A stretch of DNA of 53,056 bases, taken from contig VEQN01000004.1 in assembly GCA_018883165.1 (NCBI GenBank), positions 1 through 53,056 of the forward strand, read 5' to 3'. The stretch comes from Candidatus Tayloriibacteriota bacterium (lineage in GTDB: Bacteria > Patescibacteriota > Minisyncoccia > Phycocordibacterales > CAIZLB01). A program made the position numbers and the translations under genes. Shown piece after piece: positions 1 to 8,433 of the stretch (position 1 is its first letter; every line of letters begins with the position of its first letter). Under the pieces are notes generated by a model. The model was not told where the DNA came from, did not search any database, and was given only the letters and a program-made list of their open reading frames with translations.

Positions 1-705
1 ATTCATAACCGCTCTAATATCTCCTGACTCAAACACTGTAGATCCACTAACTAATCTTTCTGCCCCGGCGTCATATATCTCACCCGCATTATCAAGTGTT
101 ACTCCACCATCGACAGAAATTGGAAGTGTTGGATATTCTTTTTTGAATTCACGAATCATATCTAACACCTCTTCATTAAATGGACTATGCTGAAATCCAA
201 CCTCGGAAATCCCCATGCACTGTATACCTGATATTACATTTGATATATCTCCTTTCTCGGCTGTAATATACGTGAGATATTCTTTTGTCTTCTCACGAGT
301 TCGTAGTTCAACACCGATATATATTTCAACACCCTTGTCTCGCACGTTCGATGCAAGCTTTAACAAATTCTCTTTTGTAATTGATCTTGTGTGTACAATT
401 ACCCTGTTTGCCCCAGCTGCAATCCACTGATCTGCAACAAATGCAGGGTCTGAGACCATTAAATCTACTTCAAAATCAAATGTCTCCCAGTATGGTAGAC
501 CCTCCTCTTGTCCGACAATCTTTTTAAACATCCCATCATGATCTTGTATGTATGGCCACGTCTTATTATTTGTAAAAACACCATCGACAACATCGATCTG
601 CACAGAATGTGCAATTGAAGATATTCTCTCTAGGTGTTGTACCAAATCATCAAAACTCTTTGGCAGGATCGCAGGTGTAATGTGTGTATATTTTTTTGAT
701 TCCAT
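1..705 (-). CDS. rpe: Ribulose-phosphate 3-epimerase family protein (3' end runs off the window)
   Basis: Hand-translated from the ATG at 705: MESKKYTHITPAILPKSF...QIDVVDGVF...FEVDLMV...ISVDGGV...GAERLVSGSTVF. It matches the RPE barrel motifs and lies next to rpiB. Missing from the ORF track because no stop codon falls in the window. Confidence 0.85.
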   Translation of the reverse strand, partial: MESKKYTHITPAILPKSFDDLVQHLERISSIAHSVQIDVVDGVFTNNKTWPYIQDHDGMFKKIVGQEEGLPYWETFDFEVDLMVSDPAFVADQWIAAGANRVIVHTRSITKENLLKLASNVRDKGVEIYIGVELRTREKTKEYLTYITAEKGDISNVISGIQCMGISEVGFQHSPFNEEVLDMIREFKKEYPTLPISVDGGVTLDNAGEIYDAGAERLVSGSTVFESGDIRAVMN

Positions 706-714
706 ATATGTCAA

Positions 715-1263
715 TTATTCGTATAACGGGGTGTGTGATATTTCTTCTATCTCGCCAAGCCTTCGCACGTGCCTCTCATCGCCACCAAACGGAGTATTCA
801 GCCACAGAAGTACTAATTCAATTACCTTGTCAGAGGGTATAAATCGAGCACCTAACGATAATACGTTTGCGTTATTGTGCTCTCTCGAAAGAGTAACTAT
901 TACATCGGCATCTACACCACCATAGCACAGTGCAGCTCTTACATGTTTGTACTTATTCGCAACGATCGCTTCACCTTGACCGGATCCACCAATAACAATA
1001 CCCCGAGTCTCTTGAATTTCTCCAGAAACAGATATGTCTCGTGGAGTCGCTTCAAGGGTTGGAGAATCTTGTTCAATGCTTCTCAGTTCCTCTGCTTCTG
1101 ATACGGCTTTTGCCACCTTAGATATATATACCGGATAGTCATCTTTCTCATTGTATGTATAAGCACCACAATCAATAACTCGATGGCCAAGTTCCGCCAA
1201 TGTGTTTCTAAGGTATTCTTTAAGCTGATACCCTGCGTGATCAGATCCGATAAAAATATTCAT
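715..1263 (-). CDS. rpiB: Ribose-5-phosphate isomerase B (RpiB/LacA/LacB family)
   Basis: GSDHAG, DDYP, GIVIGGSGQGE, REHNNANVL and GGDERHVRRL motifs. Confidence 0.93.
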   Translation of the reverse strand: MNIFIGSDHAGYQLKEYLRNTLAELGHRVIDCGAYTYNEKDDYPVYISKVAKAVSEAEELRSIEQDSPTLEATPRDISVSGEIQETRGIVIGGSGQGEAIVANKYKHVRAALCYGGVDADVIVTLSREHNNANVLSLGARFIPSDKVIELVLLWLNTPFGGDERHVRRLGEIEEISHTPLYE

Positions 1264-1276
1264 GATTACATAATAC

Positions 1277-1302
1277 CACAGGAGGCATTACTGCCTCCTG
1301 TG
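1277..1302 (-). terminator. Perfect 11-bp hairpin after gap (terminator or mRNA-stabilising stem)
   Basis: cacaggaggca-ttac-tgcctcctgtg. The loop reads GUAA on the minus strand; the U-tract is weak. Confidence 0.55.
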
Positions 1303-1329
1303 AATTTCATCTACTATGTATTACGTGTA

Positions 1330-2355
1330 CTACAGCAATTTACTTGCTTCAACCACGTGTCGGACAAGGGCATGTGTATACCCACCTTCGTTGTCATACC
1401 ACGCAAGAACTTTCACAAGATTTCCATCAACAACTTTTGTCATCTTAAGATCTGCAATTGATGCATGTGGATTTCCTACAATATCTCGTGATACCAACTC
1501 CTCTTCAGTTACATCAAAGATGCCTTTCCAGTTTTCACTTTGTGCAGCTTCTTTAAGAACAGTATTTACTTCTTCCACTGTTGTAGGTCGCTTAGAGATG
1601 AATGTAACATCGGCAATTGAACCAGTCACCACAGGAACACGCACAGCGATACCATCAAATTTACCTTTGAGATCAGTAATTACTTTCGCTGTAGCAATTG
1701 CAGCACCCGTAGTTGAAGGTGCCATATTCATTGCTGCTGCTCGACCCTCTCTCCAGTCTTTCTTGTTTGGTGCATCTACGAGCGCCTGACTTGCGGTATA
1801 TGCATGTGTAGTGTTAAGAATTGCTTTTTCAATACCAATCTTTTCATTAAGAATTGAGATCACTGGGCTGATTGCATTTGTAGTACAAGATGCATTTGAT
1901 GATATCTCACATTTTGAAATATCATTAGGGTTCACACCCATGAGCACTGTTACCGCTTCTGGCTTCCCCGCATCATCTTTTGATGGAGCTGAAATTACAA
2001 CTCTCTTTGCCCCAGCTTTAATATGAGCACTTGATTTTTCATATGAAGTAAAGAGACCTGTTGATTCCAAGACAATATCGACACCGAGTTTAGCCCATGG
2101 AAGATTTACTGGATCTTTCTCAGAAAGATATTGGACTTCTTTTCCATTAATGATGAGTATGTTCTTCTCCTTATCAGCTTTAATGTCTAGATTTGATCTT
2201 CCATATGCACTGTCATATTTCATGAGATATGCAATATTACCAATATCTGCAAGGTCATTAATGGCAACAACTTCTAATTCTGGTTGTTCTGACGCTAGTT
2301 TTAAGAAAGCTCTACCAATTCTACCCGCTCCGTTAATTGCTACTTTTTTTGTCAT
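1330..2355 (-). CDS. gap: Type I glyceraldehyde-3-phosphate dehydrogenase
   Basis: AINGAGRIGR NAD-binding motif, catalytic SNASCTTN, and WYDNE. Confidence 0.97.
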   Translation of the reverse strand: MTKKVAINGAGRIGRAFLKLASEQPELEVVAINDLADIGNIAYLMKYDSAYGRSNLDIKADKEKNILIINGKEVQYLSEKDPVNLPWAKLGVDIVLESTGLFTSYEKSSAHIKAGAKRVVISAPSKDDAGKPEAVTVLMGVNPNDISKCEISSNASCTTNAISPVISILNEKIGIEKAILNTTHAYTASQALVDAPNKKDWREGRAAAMNMAPSTTGAAIATAKVITDLKGKFDGIAVRVPVVTGSIADVTFISKRPTTVEEVNTVLKEAAQSENWKGIFDVTEEELVSRDIVGNPHASIADLKMTKVVDGNLVKVLAWYDNEGGYTHALVRHVVEASKLL

Positions 2356-2409
2356 ATGTACTGTATTTTATTTCTTAATAATTTCTGAATTACGCTTTCT
2401 TACACACTA

Positions 2410-2904
2410 CTATCTCTTTGTGGTTGTGGCTGTATTCTTTGCTTCAACTTTAGGCATATTATCAACGTCCACAGAAGACTTATTCGTATTAGGTTCAGCT
2501 ATGATTGGTCCAACATTAATAATCTTGTGTCTTGACGGACTGTATACAATTGCCAACTCTTTATAAATCAAGACCGCATCATCATTCTGTACATCTCTAA
2601 AAAATGCCTGCTGTTCCTTCAACTTTTGTGCATCTTGTACATACAGAATCTGTTCTGGATTCTGAGCTGGAAGAACCATAAGCTTCGATACATTTTTTAG
2701 CACTGCACTGTTTTTATTCGCCATCAATTTTTGCTGATATGATGGATTCTTTATCTGATAGAGTTGATATTGTGAATACACAAAGCCGGCCAGGACAATG
2801 AGAAAAAGTAGCTTAAAAAAACCACCTCCCCGCTTTTTCTTTTTAATTTCCAATGGAGAATTTGGAACGTTTACATCAATTCTTTTTTTATCAATATCAA
2901 CCAT
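2410..2904 (-). CDS. Hypothetical single-pass membrane protein, paralog of 7881..8351
   Basis: Basic patch plus TM helix. The core VLKNVSKLM...QQAFFRDVQNDDAVLIY...AIVYSPSRHKIINVGPI aligns by eye with the 7881 ORF. Confidence 0.8.
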   Translation of the reverse strand: MVDIDKKRIDVNVPNSPLEIKKKKRGGGFFKLLFLIVLAGFVYSQYQLYQIKNPSYQQKLMANKNSAVLKNVSKLMVLPAQNPEQILYVQDAQKLKEQQAFFRDVQNDDAVLIYKELAIVYSPSRHKIINVGPIIAEPNTNKSSVDVDNMPKVEAKNTATTTKR

Positions 2905-2996
2905 TTTGTGTATATTTTTAGCTTATCTAATATGTATAATCATATAAAATTTAGAGAAATAACTCAACTTAACTCTCCCCAAATTCTATAGGTAAA

Positions 2997-5900
2997 CTAC
3001 TGTTCTGTAGTAACAGGTTCCGTATTACTAGATATAGCAGTGTTTGCGGTTGTCTCTGCAGGCGGAACTTCCTCCTGAGGCTGATCTGCAACTGGAGTAG
3101 CAGAATCTGAATCTGATGGAGCAGAGTCAGCCACCGGTTCGGAGTCAGAAGATGTCTCTACTGGTGGTGTATCAACAGATGAAGTCGCATTCTCAATTGG
3201 AGCTGTATATGGCGCCGCACCTGCATTGTGTATGAGCATTTGTTTAAATTGATCTTTTGTTACACACACGTCATCAACACAGATATCACCATTTACATTA
3301 AATTTTTGACCGCCATCCTTAAACCAAGCAACCATATTCTCGATTCCAGACTTTAAAGTATCCAATTGATTTTTCAACTCTTTTACCGCACCTACCATAA
3401 CAGCTGTTATCTGATTGTATGACAACTCTCTTTGATCACTGAAAAGATCTGTAGATATCTTTGATACTGCGTTTGGAATTGCTAATTCAACATCTTGTGC
3501 CAAGAAACCGAGTACCGGCTGACCTGTTGGATTATTCTTCCATGTAAACGAAACTGGCTGAAGTTTAGATATTGCATCTAGTGCAATTGTAGAATCAAGA
3601 TCGAACTGGACATCCTTTAGACGTGCATCTGAGACTGCATTGAACTCCGATGCCAATATTCTACCCTGTGCACGAATTGAATATGAATTAGTTCCCGCTG
3701 AGGTTCCTGTACCTCCAGATGAATTCAACCATCCATATGTTTGATATGAATCAACTGTTGAATACACATCGAGTGGGAATGCTGGTGTAGATGTCCCTAT
3801 ACCAATGTTTCCTGCAAGCAGTGTTCCTGCTGAACTTCCTTGAGCTCCTGTGCCAATTCCAAGGACACCACTTGATATACGTGAGATACTTGTATCAAGT
3901 GTACCAATGTTCGCAGTAGCATTTCCGAAAGCAAGTTTTCCTGTAGATCCGAGACGGAAGTCTGCTGGGCCACCAGAGCCTGTTGTATCTGTCACAATCT
4001 GCCATGTAGAACCGAGGGTGTTATGACTACCGGAAATTGTCTGATTTACACTTCCACCAATTGTGATATTAGCATTCACGCTAGCAGCCTGGCCAACGAT
4101 CAATTGACCACTGATATTACCCGCTTGACCGACCGTAAGAACACCAGCACTACTCATGTTAAGCAATCGTGCATTTGTAGATGATGCGATTGTAAGCAAA
4201 TCTGTTGTGGCACCTGATGCTCCAGTAACTGCAAATCGAGCAATTGGAGTACTCGTACCAACACCAATGTTTCCAGCTGCAATACTTGCACCAGAGACAG
4301 TGTTCATATTTGTACCCCACAACACTCCACCAATGTTTAATGTATAGTTTGAACTGCTTGAAGGTGTACTTACACCGTCACCGTTGTTACCAGATCCAAT
4401 AACAATATTACCTGTTCCACCAGTTAGGGTGTATCCAGCTTTCATACCCAGCGCCACGTTGTAATGACCACTCGTCAAACTGTTCAACGCGTATGAACCG
4501 ACAGCAGTGTTTGAAATACTTGTAGAAATAGCAGTGAGTGCATCATATCCAATCGCTACGTTGTCCGGCCCACTCGTTGAAGCATCAAGTGCATTCATAC
4601 CTACAGCAATATTTCTTTGTCCCGATGAGATTAACATACCTGCACCTCTACCAACAGCAACGTTGTTTGCACTTGATGAGTTTACGGATTGTAGCGCAGT
4701 GAAACCAATGGCAGTATTTGAGCTTCCCGACGCACCTGTATTACCCGCACCACCGACATATATGTTTGACTGGGTTGTTGAAGCAGCCAAGAGTAATGTT
4801 GTATCTCTTACCAAGAACGATCCTGCCGAACCTAATATATTTACACCTCCACTAATTGTACTAGTTCCAACTACCGCTAAAGTTGATACTGGGGAGGTTG
4901 TACCAATTCCAACATTACCAGATGTATCAATTGTCATTCTCGTGGTACTTGAGGTCATAAACGCCAATGACCTGCCCGATCCGGTACCTGAATTTTCAGT
5001 TCCAATTCTAAATACATTAGTATCCCAATTAAAGGCACCCCTTTCATAGTTAGTAGCAGAAGAATAGGTATTATACAATCTAAAATTTCCAGCGGTTGAA
5101 CCATTTCTAAGAGCAAGTGTCTGTGCAGCTTCTGAAACCATAACTGAAATATTCCCACCACCTTGATCGATTTGGAAACTTCCATACCCAGTACGAGAGA
5201 GATTATCTATGGCCACATTACCAGCCCCTCCAACAGTAATATTACCCCCTGATGCATACGCGCTTCGTAGACTTATAACGATACCTGAGCTAGATGACGA
5301 TGTCACAGAAAGGCCGTTCAATGAATTGATACTTGTGTCACCGTTTGCTGCAACCGTAAATACACCTGCGTTTGTCGATGAGGCTAATCTAAACAATTCC
5401 GTAGTAGCACCTGATGCACCTAGAACTGAGAGTCTTGCAACAGGGGTACTTGTTCCGACACCTACATTACCAATAGAATAAGAAATATCGTTTCCTGATG
5501 TCACCCATTGACTCGGGGTGACACCAAGTGACGAGGTTGCAACCCACTGTGCACCTGTACCTGTTGACTGAAGTACCATACCTGATGTTCCAGAATCCCC
5601 GTTTATCCTAAATCCTCCCGTAAGGTTGATATCACCTGCTACAGTTAATGCATATCCTGGAGTTGAGGTTCCAATCCCCACATCCCCCGCTTGTGTAATT
5701 CTAAACAAAGATGGTCCTGTTGATGATGCAAAGTCGACAACATCTTTTCCTGCTTGTGCTTGTACGAACAATGTAGTTGATGTTGAGGTTGTACCCATGG
5801 ATAGGTTTCGTACGATGAGGTCACGCCAGGTGCCAGTTGTGCCGCTATTTATTTCAAGTGCACCAGTAAATGCACGTGAAATTCCAGCATCATACGTCCC

Positions 5901-7730
5901 CGCTGTGGCATTATTCGTGTACTGTGTCCAACCTATTTGCCCATTTGCTGACAAAGCATGATGAGTGATATTTATGGCATGTTGAGCTCCAAGAGTAGTC
6001 AAACCCGACATTGGACCTATATGTATATTACCTGAGGTGGTTGTGATGCTTCCAGCCTGATTAATATTCAATGTCCCAACAGCGACGGTACCTGCGCTCG
6101 AAACAGAAAGTAATGCTGAGTTTGTTGAGGAGGCAACTGTAAATATCGGGTCTGTTGCACCAGATACACCAGTAACTGAAAGTCTCGCAGCCGGTGTAGA
6201 TGTACCTATTCCCAAACCACCATTAGCGGTAACAACACCAAGGATGGAATTATTTACATCGAGCCATTGTTGCAGATCAGCTGTTTGTCCGGTCCTCCCT
6301 TTTATAGCAACAGCAATTGTACTGGATGATCCAGAATCAAACATTGCAGTCTGCTTGACGGTCAACGCAGGACTCGAAGTACTGAATGTGCCATTAGATA
6401 CGTTCATGTATACCGCATATGATGGTGTGATATAGAATCTCTGTACATAACTTGAATCCAGAATCTCAAAAATATTTGATGATTGACCAGAAGCTGTCTG
6501 CAATATAAATCCACGAGATGTTGGGGATTGCATCTTAATAGCAAGATCTGCACTTGGTGAAGATGTCCCTATACCCACATTTCCACTGTAATAAATATTT
6601 GAACCAGATGTTACCCACTGACTTGAAGTTATTCCTAGAGAACTTGTAGACACATCCCCTGTAAGTCCTCCAATCGAAGTTACACCAGAGTTTGTGAGGG
6701 TGTTTCCACTCCAAGACAAACCGGTCCCTGCAGTAATTCTTGTGGAAGGTGTGTTCCAAAAAGCAGAAATATTTGTTGTTGATGCATATGCAAGTGCCCA
6801 TTCTGTTGTTGATGCAGTAAATGGAATAGCATATCCAGAAGTAAGCGAGGTGAGTCCTGTACTGTTATCATATGAAAGACCAGCAACACTTGTAGAGAAC
6901 ATTGACCTCACAGTTGAGGTAGAAACCATCGCTTGAATTGTTGAGGTTGCGGCATTGATCCGTGCATCAACGCGTGAGTCAGTAAAATACAAATTTGTAC
7001 CTTCCACTAAATCTGAGGTAGAGAGAGATGAGGTTGAAAAACTTAGAACACCAGATGATTGATCATACGTGAGTACACCACCAGATACAGAGACAGATGC
7101 TCTGGCGGACGATGTAGAGAATGACGTTGCCGGACTACTACTACCCAAAGCAGTAATCTGTTCCCGAAGTGGTGCAAGGGCCAATTCAATATCATTTACT
7201 ACCTGCCTTGAAGATGTAGTGTCAGATGATGGTATGGAGTATGTGCCACCCGATGTGGTATATGTGTTATATATATTCTGAGTTACGGGTTGCACGAGGA
7301 CACGCTCACCTCGTGCCAACTCCAAGTCACTTACTCTTTTTCTGAGCTGATTTAATTGAGTACTGAGTACTGTATCAACCTGTTTTGATGTTGGCGCTGT
7401 ATACGTAGGTAGAGACACACTTCTGCGAGCCACATTGTTAACTGGATTAGTTTCCTTTTCTTTTATAGTTTCAGTAACTCTGTCTCGAGTATAGATTGGT
7501 TCAATTGCTCCAGAGCCAAAATTCACCAACTTATCAAACACAGAACGAACAACTTCTGAAATCGAAGCGACTTGTGTCTTTGTGTCTGGATTGAATACTC
7601 TCTTTTTCTCGAGTTCAAATACCGGTTTTTTATATACCGCCTCGACAATTTTTTTTGAGTTAAGTGACTGATATACCCCTGAGATATCTATAGCTACAGC
7701 ATCTTTAGGTGTAGACAAAAAGATACACAT
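2997..7730 (-). CDS. Large secreted fibre/adhesin-like protein with C-terminal peptidase S74 intramolecular chaperone (true start probably upstream, see findings)
   Basis: Seven G[NDG]xG[IV]GT(S/T)(T/S)P repeats, an EGTNLYFTDSRVDARI fibre motif, N(T/V)A(I/V)G repeats, S74 motif SDARLK...GFLAQDVE...LSYNQIT, and an acidic Pro/Thr tail. Confidence 0.85.
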   Translation of the reverse strand: MCIFLSTPKDAVAIDISGVYQSLNSKKIVEAVYKKPVFELEKKRVFNPDTKTQVASISEVVRSVFDKLVNFGSGAIEPIYTRDRVTETIKEKETNPVNNVARRSVSLPTYTAPTSKQVDTVLSTQLNQLRKRVSDLELARGERVLVQPVTQNIYNTYTTSGGTYSIPSSDTTSSRQVVNDIELALAPLREQITALGSSSPATSFSTSSARASVSVSGGVLTYDQSSGVLSFSTSSLSTSDLVEGTNLYFTDSRVDARINAATSTIQAMVSTSTVRSMFSTSVAGLSYDNSTGLTSLTSGYAIPFTASTTEWALAYASTTNISAFWNTPSTRITAGTGLSWSGNTLTNSGVTSIGGLTGDVSTSSLGITSSQWVTSGSNIYYSGNVGIGTSSPSADLAIKMQSPTSRGFILQTASGQSSNIFEILDSSYVQRFYITPSYAVYMNVSNGTFSTSSPALTVKQTAMFDSGSSSTIAVAIKGRTGQTADLQQWLDVNNSILGVVTANGGLGIGTSTPAARLSVTGVSGATDPIFTVASSTNSALLSVSSAGTVAVGTLNINQAGSITTTSGNIHIGPMSGLTTLGAQHAINITHHALSANGQIGWTQYTNNATAGTYDAGISRAFTGALEINSGTTGTWRDLIVRNLSMGTTSTSTTLFVQAQAGKDVVDFASSTGPSLFRITQAGDVGIGTSTPGYALTVAGDINLTGGFRINGDSGTSGMVLQSTGTGAQWVATSSLGVTPSQWVTSGNDISYSIGNVGVGTSTPVARLSVLGASGATTELFRLASSTNAGVFTVAANGDTSINSLNGLSVTSSSSSGIVISLRSAYASGGNITVGGAGNVAIDNLSRTGYGSFQIDQGGGNISVMVSEAAQTLALRNGSTAGNFRLYNTYSSATNYERGAFNWDTNVFRIGTENSGTGSGRSLAFMTSSTTRMTIDTSGNVGIGTTSPVSTLAVVGTSTISGGVNILGSAGSFLVRDTTLLLAASTTQSNIYVGGAGNTGASGSSNTAIGFTALQSVNSSSANNVAVGRGAGMLISSGQRNIAVGMNALDASTSGPDNVAIGYDALTAISTSISNTAVGSYALNSLTSGHYNVALGMKAGYTLTGGTGNIVIGSGNNGDGVSTPSSSSNYTLNIGGVLWGTNMNTVSGASIAAGNIGVGTSTPIARFAVTGASGATTDLLTIASSTNARLLNMSSAGVLTVGQAGNISGQLIVGQAASVNANITIGGSVNQTISGSHNTLGSTWQIVTDTTGSGGPADFRLGSTGKLAFGNATANIGTLDTSISRISSGVLGIGTGAQGSSAGTLLAGNIGIGTSTPAFPLDVYSTVDSYQTYGWLNSSGGTGTSAGTNSYSIRAQGRILASEFNAVSDARLKDVQFDLDSTIALDAISKLQPVSFTWKNNPTGQPVLGFLAQDVELAIPNAVSKISTDLFSDQRELSYNQITAVMVGAVKELKNQLDTLKSGIENMVAWFKDGGQKFNVNGDICVDDVCVTKDQFKQMLIHNAGAAPYTAPIENATSSVDTPPVETSSDSEPVADSAPSDSDSATPVADQPQEEVPPAETTANTAISSNTEPVTTEQ

Positions 7731-7825
7731 GAGTGCAACAAAGATAAAACCGATTTTGGTTTTAAAAAAAATTCATTGGCCTTTGTGTGTAGTATATCAC
7801 TTCTAGCCTTATTTCATAAAGAAAA

Positions 7826-7855
7826 AATGTGGAAAAGATTTAACTTTTCCACATT
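7826..7855. terminator. 12-bp inverted repeat downstream of the 7881 gene; arms resemble DnaA boxes
   Basis: aatgtggaaaag-atttaa-cttttccacatt. Confidence 0.5.
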
Positions 7856-7880
7856 AATTTCTTTAGATACATCTGAGAAA

Positions 7881-8351
7881 TTATTTCTTAGATTTTGTTG
7901 TAGTAGCAGTAGTTGTTGCTTTGGTTGTACTTGCAGTCACAGTCTCCTTTTTCGCAGTTGTCTTTTGCGCAGTTACAGGAAGAATGTTCACGATAATATC
8001 TCGTGATGGGCTGTAGATAATTGCTCTACCTTCTTTCATAAATACAAGAATTTTGTCACCGTTAATTGCACCTTTAAAGACAGGTTGTTGTTCAATCATT
8101 GTCTTGGCATCGGTGATAGTGATCACATCTGGAGCTGATGGTTCCTGAATGAGGACCAGCTTGGCAACATTTTCCAATATCTTTTTATTTTCCTCAATAT
8201 TCGCTTTAGTGATTGAGCCTTGTGTATTGGCCATATTCTTTGGTGAATTACCTTTCATGTAGGACAAAGACCAGAAAATTCCAATCAATACAAGTATCAC
8301 TACAATGATTTTTACCTTCATACTATTTTTCTTTGGTTGATTTAATTCCAT
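7881..8351 (-). CDS. Hypothetical single-pass membrane protein, paralog of 2410..2904
   Basis: N-terminal TM helix; core ILENVAKLV...QQPVFKGAINGDKILVF...AIIYSPSRDIIVNILPV; Thr/Lys-rich tail. Confidence 0.8.
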   Translation of the reverse strand: MELNQPKKNSMKVKIIVVILVLIGIFWSLSYMKGNSPKNMANTQGSITKANIEENKKILENVAKLVLIQEPSAPDVITITDAKTMIEQQPVFKGAINGDKILVFMKEGRAIIYSPSRDIIVNILPVTAQKTTAKKETVTASTTKATTTATTTKSKK

Positions 8352-8433
8352 ATACGCGTACGTAAAAACTTTATATAAAGTATATCACCTATAGAAAGAG
8401 TACACTACCAAAAAGGTGATACCTGTGGAAATC

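Noticed and set aside
4156-7281. Multiple plus-strand ORFs (e.g. 4507..5049, 5209..5481, 5626..5961) opposite the fibre gene
   Set aside because: Typical antisense shadows of Gly/Thr/Ser-rich repetitive coding DNA; no independent coding features.
2997-7730. Prophage or tailocin suggested by the tail-fibre/S74 domain
   Set aside because: No capsid, terminase, baseplate, tube, lysis or integrase genes; flanks are housekeeping genes and the protein appears to have a Sec signal peptide.
7773-7775. TGA read as Gly (code 25) to extend the fibre ORF
   Set aside because: TGA behaves as a stop elsewhere (obgE/gatB ATGA overlap, several GT genes) and long genes contain no internal TGA.
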